NCBI RefSeq assembly: GCF_035084215.1
Contig: NC_090365.1
Coordinates: 9,176,001-9,240,000, forward strand
DNA: 64,000 nucleotides
DNA from: Heptranchias perlo
Taxonomy: Eukaryota
Direction of reading: 5' to 3'
Position numbers and translations under genes: made by a program
Notes under the pieces: generated by a model
Databases searched by the model: none
The model's input: the letters and a program-made list of their open reading frames with translations, nothing else
What the model was told of the DNA's origin: nothing
Shown: in pieces, positions 1-11,929 of the stretch
Layout: every line of letters starts with the position of its first letter
Position numbering within the stretch: the stretch's first letter is position 1

Positions 1-392
1 GGCACCCCATCCACCACCCTAAACATTCACTCCCTTCACCACCGGCGCACAGTGGCTGCAGTGTGTACCATCCACAGGATGCACTGCAGCAACTTGCCAA
101 GGCTTCTTCAACAGCACCTCCCAAATCCACAACCTCTACCACCTAGAAGGACAAGGGCAGCAGGCACATGGGAACAACACCACCTGCACGTTCCCCCTCC
201 AAGTCACACACCATCCCGACTTGGAAATATATCGCCGTTCCTTCATCGTCGCTGGGTCAAAATCCTGGAACTCCCTACTTAACAGCAGTGTGGAAGAACC
301 TTCACCACACAGACTGCAGCGGTTCAAGAAGGCGGCTCACCACCACCTTCTCAAGGGCAATTAGGGATGGGCAATAAATGCTGGCCTTGCCC
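1..392 (+). mobile_element. LINE (CR1-superfamily-like) ORF2 3' end fragment
   Basis: The same sequence (ctctaccacctagaaggacaagggcagcagg...gggcaataaatgc) recurs at about 26845-27175 and 57050-57195. Degenerate ORF followed by AATAAA. Confidence 0.7.
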
Positions 393-567
393 ACGAACGT
401 ATAAAAAAACCAATCAAGATAAGACTTCAGTGCCTCTAGGGAGATCTCTTGCAAACTTCTTTCCAAATTCTTCCACTGGAGATGAACAACTGTCTACCAC
501 TTCTGCTCCTCAGCCCCACCCCCTTTTGCAATAGCATGTCCTTTGACCCGACATGAGCCAAGCTCAT

Positions 568-860
568 CAACAACAATTTGCATTTATATACGGCCTTTAT
601 CGTAGCGAAAGGTCCCAAGGAACTTCACAGGAGCGTCAACAGACAAGACTCGACACCGAGCAACGTAAGGAGATATTAGGACAGGTGACCAAAAGCTTGG
701 TCAAAGAAGTAGTTTTCAAGGAGCATCTTAAAGGAGGAGAGAGAAGTAGAGAGGCGGAGAGTTTTAGGAAGGGAATTCCAGCGCTTTGGGCCTAGGCAGC
801 TGAAGGCATGGCCGCCAATGGTGGAGCGATGAAAATCAGGGATGCACAAGAGGCAAGAAG
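568..860 (-). mobile_element. L2-like LINE 3' fragment
   Basis: Homologous to dispersed copies at about 11930-12440, 12915-13360, 16450-16740, 42930-43320 and 63350-63490. Ends in a (caa)n / (ttg)n tail. Confidence 0.65.
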
Positions 861-1596
861 GTCATAGGGGACCTTCGAGTTATTATAATGCATCGATTGG
901 CTTTTGTCCATCACATTCCAAGTGTCAAACTTCCTGTACCACACCTGCAAATATATGCAGATTTCTAGTTTGACTCAACTTTCACATTCAACAAACAAGA
1001 AGAAATCACAACTGAATTGAGTCGTCAGAAATTTCCACAGGAGAGGTCTCCTCGCAGGAGATCGGCAGAACCCCTGGAAAAATGGGGTACAATCCTAAAA
1101 GCAGCCAGTTACACTGTTTCTCTTGGGGTTTCGACCAATCTCCCACTGAAGTTACATCAAGAGATCCTCCGTGGAAACTGAGGGCCATTAGTGTCCGTAC
1201 CAGTCAAAATCAAGCAAAGCAACTAGAAAGACTACGAATAAGGAGCAACTAACCCACCAATAAAAGGAGAGAAGGAAGCAATAAGATTGTTCCAAATCTT
1301 TTTTGGAGCTCCCAGCAGGCTGCTCTCACTTAGTATTAGAGAAACAACATAATAAAGGCACAAATCAATGCAACACTTGCGAGAAAATAATGAAGCGATT
1401 TTGTGTTTGAAAAGTGTTTGACATTTACCATTAGAGGCCTACCCCTCCCCGAGAAGCCTAGGCATGAGTCTGTGGGGCTTCCAGGAACCATCCCTGTCAT
1501 CTGAAGAGACTGAGCAAGGTAGCAGAACGCAATTCCCATCATTGCGTTGGTGCCTGCAGCTCCTGGAATTTTGCTTTGATTGACAAGACGACCTGT

Positions 1597-1706
1597 GGAG
1601 CGAGTTTCCTCAGGGCTTCTCCCGCTCCCACGCTGTAACTTTGGCGGAAGATCCCCATTTACCTTACAGCGGCGTAGCGGATGGAGCCCTGAGGAAATTC
1701 AACTCC
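1597..1706. repeat. Imperfect palindrome, MITE-like
   Basis: gagtttcctcagggcttc (1602-1619) pairs with ggagccctgaggaaattc (1683-1700), and inner cgctgtaa pairs with ttacagcg. Confidence 0.55.
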
Positions 1707-3583
1707 CCCTCCTATTGACAGAATGTGCCAGCAATTAGTACCTGCAAGCCTTACTCCCTCGGTCTATTAATTGAGAACCACTTTAGAAGTAGTAAACGTA
1801 ACAAGATTATTTTTTTTGCAGGAAACATCAAAATGAGATAAAGCATGGATTCTTCATTTTTTTAGGCAAATGCAGGGTGGAAAAAACAATGTAGGTTATT
1901 ATATGCAAGGGTTTGTCTATTTAGCAATCACAACTAGTTCCATGTGACAAATTAAACTTTGCATGTTGAAAATTGGCATTTTTATTTACTAGTAAAGTGC
2001 ATGTGGTGTTGTCCACAATCAGTTGATGAATGTTGTTTTTTTATATATATACAAGACTACTACAGAGCTGGGAGAAAGACTTCATTAACTTATGCTGCAG
2101 CATCGCCTACAGGCCACAGATGAAATTACAGGCAACTGTTTACATACAGGATTTCTATTCTAAATGTTTACATAGACGGTTTCAATGTTAAATGTCGACA
2201 TATAAGTGTGACCAAAAATCAGGAAGTTGGACAGAAATCACACATACACAATATCCATATATAAAAAAAATATTGTGTAATATAAATGGTCATGGAGGTG
2301 CAATTCATTTATTAATTAACTTGAAGCAATCAGCCAAAAAAAACTAATGCAGGCAGCAAGTCCTGGAGGAACTGTACTAAGCGTTCAGGTTTGCAGGGAG
2401 GTTCTGAATAAAAGTTTAGAATTAAAACAGGTTGGTTTAAGCTGCAAATTAATCTTTCCTTGGTCCTCACTATAAGAACCCACATTCTAAACTGATGGGT
2501 AGTACAGTGCAAGAGATCCTGTCACCGCACCTGATAAGACACGCAGAAATGTATCTATCTATGTACCAGTGGTACGCAACGGGAACAAATTTATTTATTT
2601 ATTTATCTCCGGTGGCTAAAGAAAATACTAAATATTTACTTTCTGGGAATGAATCAAAAAACACTACTCACTGGAGATGTGCAGGCATCTCCCAGTTCCA
2701 CATTCACCCTTGTAACAGTGGTTTTCTTGTGAGCAAAACTGGAGTGCATTAGCTGGCCAAATGCACAAACTTGCTTTGCTCCCTTGGTTCTTAGGTTAGC
2801 TGTCAAAGACCTGGCCCCATTGTGGTCGAACGCACAACACACAGAAATTATTTCCTGATCCTGATCGGGATATCGTAATGTCTCTAGGGGGACCAATGGT
2901 TAATCATGGACAATTTGCCTCAAACTGACCTCACATTGTTACAGTCCAGATCCAAATGGTCTTGGAAATCAAGAGACTTGGGGCTTGTTCTCACTGAAGG
3001 GTGCAAAGGTGATTTGGAGAGAAGCAAAAGTATAAAAGAGAAATATGACTTTAACACTTTATTGGATTTCCCAATAAGTTGATGCCAACTACCCACATTC
3101 TCAATAGCAGGAAATTGTTATTGAGTGCTACCTCAAAAGTAGTGAATCCCTTCTATTAAACCCACAGCACGTATACTTTTAATAGGGGACTTTCACTGTG
3201 GCTTTGAATGCTGGGATGGCTCTGCCTCCATTGGTGTTGCTGGCCTTCTAGCACTTTTCAAGGGTAAGAGCAAAAGAGGGGCAAAGATGATCAGAGAAGG
3301 GAATATGTGAGTTCAATTTGGCCAATCTCTCCAGCCCGGGGGGGGGGTGGACCCTGTTTGTCGACTCTGCATTTGAAATGTCCGACCTGCATCTGAAATG
3401 TGTCCAATATCGGTGGCCTCGGGGTGAGGGTCAAAACTGGTGCGTGTTGTCTCTCCAAATAAGGAGACTTAGCTAGTAAAAGTTTCGAAATTCAGGCATT
3501 TTGTTCTGAAGACGGGGAGGGGGAAGGAGGGAGGGGAAGGGGGGGGGGGAGGTTTTCAACCCTTCTGTTTATTTAAAGGGCGT

Positions 3584-4225
3584 CTACTTCAATTCCTTGA
3601 TTTTATCCTCGACCGATTCCCTGCTGTCGTCCAGGATCTCGGCCACCTTCTTCCCCATCTTGTAGAACTGGAAGGTGGGGATGTGGATGATGTCGCAGGC
3701 CTCCGCCGTGTCTTCCGAATCGTCCACGTTCACTTCGTAGAAAATCACCAGGTTGTGGAGCTGGGCGATCTCGCTCATAATTGGCTTCAAGTCCTGGCAC
3801 GTCTCGCACCAGTTGCCCGAGAAGAAGATGACCACCAGCCGTTCGCCCGCCTCTTTGATGAACTTGTCGAACTCGCTCATGCTGCTGATGCTTCTCAGCG
3901 GCACGCCGTCCCCGGGCAGCTCCTGCGGCGTCCCGCTCCCTCCCTGCGCCTTGTCCGGGGTCTTCGACTCCTTCGGCGGCTTGCCCTTTTCCTGCGGCGG
4001 CTCGGCGGCCCTGGCCCGGCTCGGCTCGGAGGCCCTGGCCCGGCTCGGCTCCGAGGCCTTGGCCCGGCCCGGCTCCGAGGCCTTGGCTTGCGACCGTCCG
4101 GCTTTCCCGTGGGAAGGCCCCACCTCGCCCGGCGCCTGGGACGGCGCGGCCTTGTCGGCCGTCGGCTGAGCGCTCTTTCCCTGCGCCTTCTTGGGCTTTC
4201 CCAGCGTACTTCCCGCCCCCGCCAT
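3584..4225 (-). CDS. Thioredoxin-like protein 1 of the cluster: low-complexity/repeat N-terminal extension plus a Trx domain with WCETC motif; single exon
   Basis: 213-aa ATG ORF. The C-terminal ~105 aa align to vertebrate TXN (LVVIFFSGNWCETC...EVNVDD...IPTFQFYK). GC-rich codons. AATAAA at 3568-3573 just after the stop. Confidence 0.9.
   Translation of the reverse strand: MAGAGSTLGKPKKAQGKSAQPTADKAAPSQAPGEVGPSHGKAGRSQAKASEPGRAKASEPSRARASEPSRARAAEPPQEKGKPPKESKTPDKAQGGSGTPQELPGDGVPLRSISSMSEFDKFIKEAGERLVVIFFSGNWCETCQDLKPIMSEIAQLHNLVIFYEVNVDDSEDTAEACDIIHIPTFQFYKMGKKVAEILDDSRESVEDKIKELK
3992..4087 (-). repeat. Four 24-bp coding repeats (AKASEPGR, AKASEPSR, ARASEPSR, ARAAEPPQ)
   Basis: Visible in both the DNA and the translation. 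Confidence 0.85.
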
Positions 4226-5060
4226 GTGCTCGGCCCCTCTCTGACACGTGGCTCCGAGGCCCTTCCGCCCCCTGCACCGTAGACACGCCCACTCATTGTG
4301 ACATCACCCCCCCTCAAGCCCCGCCCAGCCTGAAAAAAGGGGGCAGTTGAGCGCGCCGCCTCATTTATCCGCCAATCGGAATGAGCTGACAATTCAAACA
4401 GGCGCGCAATTAAAGACTATTTCCCATTAACAAGGTTTAATTTTCGCGCTGCCGCCGCTGAGAGCCAATCACGTTTTTTATTATAAAAAAGAAACAGGCG
4501 CGGCCACCTAATGGCCTTAGTGATTGGTTAATAATACTGTCCAATCAATGCCGAACCAGCTCTGACTGACAGGGGAATAGACCTATCATGACCCACCAAC
4601 GTAATCGGCCGCTTTTGATTGGACCATATTGGATGATGTTCAGCCAATAGGGGACGGAGGGCCGGTCCTCTCGGTGTGGGGGGTGTCGAGGTTGAACGGA
4701 TTGAGGCGAAGGGTCCCGGGCCGGTGTGACCCTGGCCTGGACGGAGCTGCCAAAGCTCGGGGAGGGTGTGTGACCGTTTTTATGTTGGACCGTGAGCGGG
4801 TGACGGGCGGGCAGCCAGCACCCGGCCATAGGGTCCGAGGCCCGCGGTCGCGCGCGCGCTCAACACCCTAACGGCAGCAGCGCGAGAGCGGGAATCAGCC
4901 CCGGCCGCCGGGAGCATGCGCAGTCCAGCCCGTTTCTCAAAGTGGGGGCGGGGCGAGATGGTGACGTGTGATTGGAACTCTCGGTTAGAGAACACGCCCT
5001 CTCTCTCCGTGACGTAATTTGATCTCCATGGTTACGGTATTAATACGGAAGAAGGTAAGA
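4226..5060. promoter_or_regulatory. CpG-island promoter upstream of Trx-like gene 1
   Basis: CRE-like TGACATCA at 4299-4306, GC boxes, at least six CCAAT/ATTGG boxes between 4372 and 4650, NRF1-like GCATGCGCA near 4914, and X-box-like ATCTCCATGGTTAC at 5022-5035. Confidence 0.7.
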
Positions 5061-5189
5061 GGGGAGAATGCAGTGGTGGAGCAGGCACCAGGGGAATCAG
5101 CATCACCCAGGTTGAAAAGAACTGGAGGGAGGATGAGGTAACTCAGGAAATGGGAATCCAGGAATTTCACCATGTTAATCCAAACAAAA

Positions 5190-6005
5190 TGGATTGGCAG
5201 ATGAAATTTAATGAAGTGTGAAGTGATGCATTTTGGAAGAAGATGCAATATAAACAAAATGGTACAATTTTAAAGGGGGTGCAGGAACAGAGAGACCTGG
5301 GGGTTCATATACACTAATCTTTCATGGTGGCAGAACAAGTTGATAAAGCTGTTAAAAAAGCATACAGGATCCTTGGCTTTATAAATAGAGGCATAGAGTA
5401 CAAAAACAAGGAAGTTATGGTAAACTACTATAGTGCCTTTAATTATAGTAATCTTTATAAATCATTGGTTAGACCTTAGCTAGAGTATTAGACACCACGC
5501 TTTAGGAAGGATGTGAAGACCTTAGAGAGGGTGCAGAGTAGATTTACCAGTATGATCCAGGGATGAGAGACTTCAGTTATGTGGAGAAGCTGGGATTGCT
5601 CTTCTTAAAGCAGAGAAGGCTAAGGGGAGATTTAATAGAGATATTCAAAATTAAGAGGGGTTTTGATAAGAGTGGATAGGGAGAAATTATTTCCACTGGC
5701 AGTCGGGTCGGTAACCAGAGAATACAGATTTAAAATAGTTGCCAAAAAAGCCAGGGGGGGAGCACAAGGAGATTTTTTTTTTACGCAGCAAGTTGTTATC
5801 TGAAATGCACTACCTGAAAGGAAGCAGATTCAATAGTAAATTTCAAAAGGGAAAAATTTGCAGGGCTATGGGGAAAGAGCAGGGGAGTGGGACTAATTGG
5901 ATAGCTCTTTCAAAGAGCAGGGGAGTGGGACTAATTGGATAGCTCTTTCAAAGAGCTGGCACAGGCACGATGGGCTGAATGGCCGCCATCTGTGCTGTAT
6001 GGTTC
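5190..6005 (+). mobile_element. CR1 LINE 3' fragment (RT C-terminus and 3' UTR), degenerate
   Basis: Homologous to the 3' part of the CR1 at 51830-52630. Contains a short internal duplication of gggagtgggactaattggatagctctttcaaagagc. Confidence 0.8.
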
Positions 6006-8699
6006 TGTGAAAATATGGGCTGTGCTAACTTGTAGAAAATACGGGTATTGAGTGGGGTTGCCAACTCTGGACGTATTCCAGAAGGTTTCATCACCTGTCT
6101 AACCGCCCCCACCTCCAAGCTTCCACCATTGGTCGCCTGACACGACAATCCTCGTAGCACATCACTTTCCCAAGCCAATTGGAAAGCCAAAAGACTTTGT
6201 CACCTGATTGGATGATTCTTGACTATCAGTCAAAGAGCCTGTTTTCCCCCTCTGATTTTTTTTTAATGCCTCTATTATTTTTCTACCTTGCTGAAGTGTC
6301 CAGGACGTGAATCTTTAATTGATGGAATCTCCAGGCCAATCCGGAAGGGTTGGCAACCCTAGCTGTGAGTATTCAGTCCTGTGATAGTGCCCTTGTTTGG
6401 TGTGTATTTGTAAATAGAGCACTCTGCAAGAGTTTAGCAGGTGGGTATGTATTGGCGGTATCTTTGGTGTAATGCCACTGACAGATCATTGTGTCATAAT
6501 ATGTAAAATAATAATGAATTACTGGCTTAATAGGAACAAGATTTGGCTCAGTGGTAGAATTCCCACCTCTAAGTCAGAAGGTGCAGGGTTCGAACCTCAC
6601 TCCAGACAATCCTGATGAGTGGAGACCGGAGCTCCGGTCCTGAATTCTGGGTTGACATCCAGCGGGATACTCGTGTCCGTTGGGTGTGGCAGAGGCTTTT
6701 AGGGAGGGAATTCTTGAGAGTGGGACTAGGTGGCTAAAGGCATGGCTGCCAATGGTGAGGCTAAAGGGGTCAATGTAAAGAGGCCAGTCAGGAATGAAGA
6801 GTGGGGGAAGAGGAGTTGTAGGGCTATAGGAGGTTACAGAGATAAAGAGGGGAGAAACCACGGAGGGATTTAAATACAAGGATGGAAATTTTAAATTTGA
6901 GGGTTTGGAGGGGTCAACGTGGGTTAGGGAGGATGGGTGAGCGGGATGGTGCCAGATATATGGGCAGCAGAGCTCTCCTTGCTACAAATAATCTCCTCCT
7001 AGTTCTTCATTAAGGGTTCTGTTGTAGTAGTCTTGCCTGCTCCTAATTGCAAGGGCCACTCTGCTTACTTCAAATGTATGGGTGAGAAGTTTCCACGAGC
7101 ATGCTCAGTGTTCAAAGCAAGTCAGTCTTGTCTTGTTAAGTGTGATTTCTTGTGGTTTCCAGCCCATTCTTTGGGTGTTTATGGTCCAGCTGCCTGATCT
7201 CTTTCTTCAGCTGAGATCACCCAACCTCTGCACAATCAAGGGACCAAACCTGCGACCAGGATAGCTCACCAGACTTCATCACAAGCATTGGGGAACCACG
7301 GCTGAGTGCAGCCCTGATTTTATCAGTCTTGCAGAATTGAGGCTGAGACCAGCCAAGCAAATTTATCCTGATTAGATTCTGATTACAGGCAGTAACGTCA
7401 ATAGTGGCTGGACACCTGGACTCAAAACTAATAGCTATCTCTAGACAGTTTTGTACATTGTTTGTTTTTATCTCCTTTTGCACAAATGACAAAGGAACTC
7501 TTTACAGTTAATCAAAGGCGATCCTTAAAACACATTACCCACTGTAACAAGCTGATACATGCCCAGGACCCGGTGATCAATTAGACACGCAGACTAGATC
7601 TTCAAACAAGTGAGATTTATTCACCCATGTTGTGTCTTTACTTGCAGTGATAAACGATGGTGATCAGTATTACTTTCCCACCTACCTCTTATCCCTCTCA
7701 GTTCCTTCCTCTCCGAACACCAACAGAACCATTAAGGTCAATGATTTCTTAAAGCTATACCGCCGTTTATTTACCTTCTTAAAGTTGTATCTCTATCTTG
7801 GATTCAGAGCTCTCAACATCCTATGGATTACATATCGTCCTTCTCTCACTCTGTTACTCTACCTAAAGTTATATAAATAAGATACAATACAAGAATTTTG
7901 TCTTCTTCCATTGTACACATGTCCCATCAGCCCACTCTGTTGTGCACCATCCATTCTAGGCTTTCACAACCTAATTGGAAACTCCCGCTCCCAGGATTAC
8001 TTGGGTTTGAATCTCTTTCCTGTTTTTAGGCTGTCGTTCCTAAAGAAAACAAAATTCTTTTTAAAATTAGAAAATGGTTATTTATATTATAAATGGAGAC
8101 CAGAATTGGGGATTTCCTCAAAGGCTCAGTCAGTGCACTGCTCGAGTGTGATACCGAGCAACATGGACCAGAAAGACCCCAGGTTCAGTCCCTGGTTCGT
8201 CTTGAGTTCACCTCATCCATTTGCTCGGAAGAAAATATCATAGAACATTTACAGCACTGAAGGAGGCCATTTGGCCCCTTGTGCCTTGCTAGCTCTTTAC
8301 TAGAGCAATCAAAAGCAAATCACGCTGCCCTGCTTGCTCCCTATAGCCATATTTTAATTATATGATGCAATGGTCTCCACCACAAGTACTATTTATAAAA
8401 CCCAAATGCTATTGCACTATTTATGGTTTTATCTACCTGCACTCTCACTCCCAAGGGAATATGTATCTGCACCCAAGGTGTTACAAGGCTGCAATTTAGT
8501 TCCATCACCTGCACAGTGCTAGATCTTACATTGGTGATCCGATCGTTGTCAGGCTAAGAGAATGGGCACACACAGGAGGCTGTGATCAACTGTCCCAAAG
8601 GTAAGGCTAGACTGGGGTAGCAATGTGAATGTAAGCAAACCATCAGAATTCAGTAGAGCTCCCTTCCTTCTTGCACCTGGACACAACAAATGTGTCTGC

Positions 8700-8967
8700 A
8701 CTGTGGCAGATTTTATGCCCAATAATTTAAGATGATTAGCAAAAGAACGTGGGGTGAGATGAGATTTTTTTTTCCTCAGTGTGTTGTTATGATCTGAAAG
8801 GGCAGTGGAAGTAGATTCACTACTAACTTTCAAAAGGGAACTGGATAAATACTTGATGAGGAAAAATTTGCAGGGCCATGAGGGGGTACGAATTGGATTG
8901 CTCTTTCAAAGAGCTGGCACAGGCTCGATGGGCCGAATGGCGGCCTCCTGTGCTGTAAGATGCTATG
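8700..8967 (+). mobile_element. CR1 LINE 3' end fragment
   Basis: Shares the terminal motif gctctttcaaagagctggcacaggc...ggccgaatgg...tgtgctgta. Confidence 0.7.
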
Positions 8968-9032
8968 CAATGCAACCATTAGCAGGACAGGTACTTTTTT
9001 TTTTATTATTCTTTGTCTGAAACACGTGAGAA

Positions 9033-9353
9033 TTACTTCAGCTGCATAATCAGACGGTCCAGCTTTTCCCTCTTGGTCCCGGAGAACTCCCCGATCTTCT
9101 CCTGGCACCTGTAGAAGTGAAATGTGGGCATGCAGGTGATGGCTGCAGCCCGGGCCAGCTCCTCCGATTCATCCACGTCCACCTCCACGAAGATGATGTC
9201 GCGGTGCTGGTCGGACCGCATCCGGAGGAAGGGCTTGATGTTGGAGCAATTACTGCACCATCGGGCCGCGAAGAAGACGACGATCAGGGTCTCCTCCTCT
9301 TCTCGCAGTAAGGTATCGAACTGCCTCCGGGTCCTGATGGGTCTCAGTACCAT
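9033..9353 (-). CDS. Thioredoxin-like protein 2 of the cluster, WCSNC motif; single exon
   Basis: Intact Trx fold (LIVVFFAARWCSNC...EVDVDE...CMPTFHFY...GEFSG). The strong-Kozak ATG at 9353 gives 106 aa; an upstream in-frame ATG at 9401 would give 122 aa. AATAAA at 9002-9007. Confidence 0.9.
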   Translation of the reverse strand: MVLRPIRTRRQFDTLLREEEETLIVVFFAARWCSNCSNIKPFLRMRSDQHRDIIFVEVDVDESEELARAAAITCMPTFHFYRCQEKIGEFSGTKREKLDRLIMQLK

Positions 9354-9401
9354 CGTGTCGCGTCTTCTCCCACCTTGCGGTCTGTTCAGGCCAGCCCGCA
9401 T

Positions 9402-9776
9402 GTCTCACTTGTAGCCCCTCCCCGATAGTGACGTTACCCCGGCGTCATGGTAGCCCCGCCCACGACTCGCAATCAGCAACATCTGGTCAACTGAAAGAAC
9501 CCAGATGTTGAGCTTCTCCGGCAATGGGCAGCGACTTACCCCCTGGTTTAAGGTGTGAATGAGCCCCGGGTCAGAACCTGGCGTAACACGACTTGAGATA
9601 CAACTCCCAGAGATTCATCAATGAGTGAAACTTGCTGGCGGGAAGGCGGGTGATTGACAGCAGTCGGGACAAATCAGGAGCCGCCCTGTTCTGATTGGCT
9701 CAATGTTACCAGTTGACAGCCCAATGGCAAAGCGCAGATGCGCTTCTTGGTTGTCAGGCTGCGTTTGATTGGCAGG
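9402..9776 (-). promoter_or_regulatory. Promoter of Trx-like gene 2
   Basis: CRE-like TGACGTTA at 9429-9436, GC box near 9453-9461, ZNF143-like tacaactcccag near 9599-9610, and ATTGG boxes at 9694 and 9768. Confidence 0.6.
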
Positions 9777-9989
9777 ATGTGGAGATGCCGGTGATGGACA
9801 GGGGTTGACAATTGTAAACAATTTTACAACACCAAGTTATAGTCCAGCAATTTTATTTTAAATTCACAAGCTTTCGGAGGCTTCCCCCTTCACATCGTTC
9901 ACCTGACGAAGGGGGAAGCCTCCGAAAGCTTGTGAATTTAAAATAAAATTGCTGGACTATAACTTGGTGTTGTAAAATTGTTTACAATT
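9777..9989. mobile_element. Short palindromic Penelope-like element with hammerhead motif
   Basis: Perfect 82-bp inverted repeat (9810-9891 / 9908-9989). Flanking direct repeat TTTGATTGGCAGG (9764-9776 / 9988-10000). Terminus gatgtggagatgccggtgatggac is shared with the GIY-YIG-bearing copies. Confidence 0.85.
9898..9936 (+). ncRNA. Minimal type I hammerhead ribozyme motif (Penelope pLTR type)
   Basis: ttcac-CTGACGA-stem II-GAAA-gctt-gtgaa. Both core boxes are present, stem I is ttcac/gtgaa, and stem III is the palindrome AGCT. Confidence 0.6.
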
Positions 9990-11929
9990 TGATTGGCAGG
10001 GAATTGGGGATTCCTGCATTTTAGGGCGTCATGTGGCAGTGCCCATTGGCGAGTCAAAGTTTGGCCCTGCAGCCACTTGCAACCTTAGTACAGGGCAAAC
10101 AGGAAATTGGCATCTCAGGACGTCAGGGTGTTCAAGAAGAATCTAAAGTTAAAATCAGGAGCACTCGTTAAATTCTATTAATGAATATTTTAAGCTGTGC
10201 AACAGCTTTACAGCAGTGATCTGCAGAAGTTTCAGATATGCCCACATTTACATGTTTAATGGTGTCCACAATGCAGACCTGGATGGGGTCACACGGTAGA
10301 TAAATTCTCCGCCAATACAAAGAATATTTGGAAATGCGCAGAAGACGTTAGCAGGTGTAAAGAGAAAAGACGGGATAATGTTTTCGGTGCGGGGTCCTCG
10401 GGTCGGGACTGGGGAAAAAAATGCTCCTTTTTATAGAGCTGAACGGAACAAGGGTGGGGGTGGGAGAGCAGAAAAAGGTATCAGGAAGGCTGACCCGAGT
10501 CGCAAATAGACTGTGTTTACTGGTCTGCAAACGGGTGTTTTGAAGAGCAAAAGAGAGGTGAAAACTGGTGGATGATATCGGATCATCTCAATTAATCAAA
10601 GAAAATTCAATAAAACAAGAGGGTGTGAGTTAGGGGTGAAATGCATGAGAGAGATGCACAGAGGGGGAAAAAAAATCCCTCCCAAAATGGAGACATATAA
10701 AGTAGAAGGAGATTGGAAGAACAAGAAAGAAAATGGGGGAATTAAAAAAAAAACGGATATGTAACAGACCCGTCAGTACCCGAATGAGAGAAGTCACGCC
10801 AACTGTGTTCTGTTAAAAGGGTCCAACTAAAAAGTCAACTTTCCTCCCCTCCCCAGAGGCCAGTGGGCCCACCGTGTTTACCCAGCACACTGTGCTTCTG
10901 AGAAAATGGGTTAGCTCAGGTCACTGTTCAAACCAGTGGGCTCCAGAGTGCCCAAGAGAGAAGGGAATTGGAAAAATATTTGAAGGGGATTAAAATTGCA
11001 GGGCTATGGGGAAAGAGCAGGTGAGTGGGTCTAATTGGATAGCTCGTTCAAAGAGCTGGCACAGGCACTTGGGCTGAATGGCCTCCTTCTGTGCTGTAGG
11101 AGTCTATGATTCTATTCTTGAAGCTTGCATTGAGTTTTTTTTAAAAATAATTTTTGGGATGTGGGCAAGGCTGGCATTTATTGCAGTTGCCCTTTGAAGG
11201 TGGTGGTGATGCAACTGAGTCGCTTGCTAGGCCACTTAAGAGGGCAGTTAAAGAGTTAACCACATCAGTGTGAGACTGGAGTCACATATAGGCCAGACCA
11301 GGTAAGGACAGCAGGTTTCCTTCCCTAAAGGACATTACAACAATCCGACAGCTTCACGGTCACTTTTACAGACACCGTTTTTTGTTATTTCCAGAATTAT
11401 TCTCAAACTGAATTAAAATTATCAAACTGCCACGGTGGGATTTAAGATCACATTCTCTGGATTATTAGTCCAGGTTTCTGGTTACTACTTCAGTAACATA
11501 ACCACTACACTGCCATACTCATTACTAGTTACAATAGTGTAAGAGGCCAAAGGTAGCAAGAGGTCAGAGGGTGAAGTTGAAGTAACACAGGAAGTCCTAA
11601 TCTCACTTGCGGACAGAACTGAGGTATTAAGCAAAGGTCATCCAACCTGCATTTGGTCTCTTCACGAGGAGTCATTTCAGTATCCTAGATTTGAGGAAGT
11701 ACATGTAAATTGCAGTCTTGCTCACAAGGAGTGTTTTGAGACCCGAGACAACGGGGTGGGGAAGGGTGAATGAACAGATGTTGCATCTGCTGTGCTTGCA
11801 TGGGAAAGTGCCACTCGAAGTCATGGTGGTGGAAGAATAAACCAGGGAAGAAGGAACTGTCCCTCCAAAGAAGGGAGGGGATGATACGCTTGGTGGTGGG
11901 ATTATGTTGTAGATAACAGATAAAGAACA

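Noticed and set aside
1006-1188. 60-aa minus-strand ORF and nearby splice-like signals
   Set aside because: No recognisable homology; cannot be supported as an exon from sequence alone.
3603-4392. Long overlapping and antisense ORFs over the Trx genes (also near 9.1, 21.4 and 30.0 kb)
   Set aside because: Shadow ORFs expected from very GC-rich codons; no domain signal.
4860-4880. CCCTAAC suggesting a telomerase RNA template
   Set aside because: No pseudoknot U-rich/CTGACTTTCAG motif, CR4/5 or H/ACA features follow.
6544-6605. tRNA-like sequence (also near 14575 and 29900)
   Set aside because: These are heads of tRNA-derived SINEs with no complete cloverleaf.
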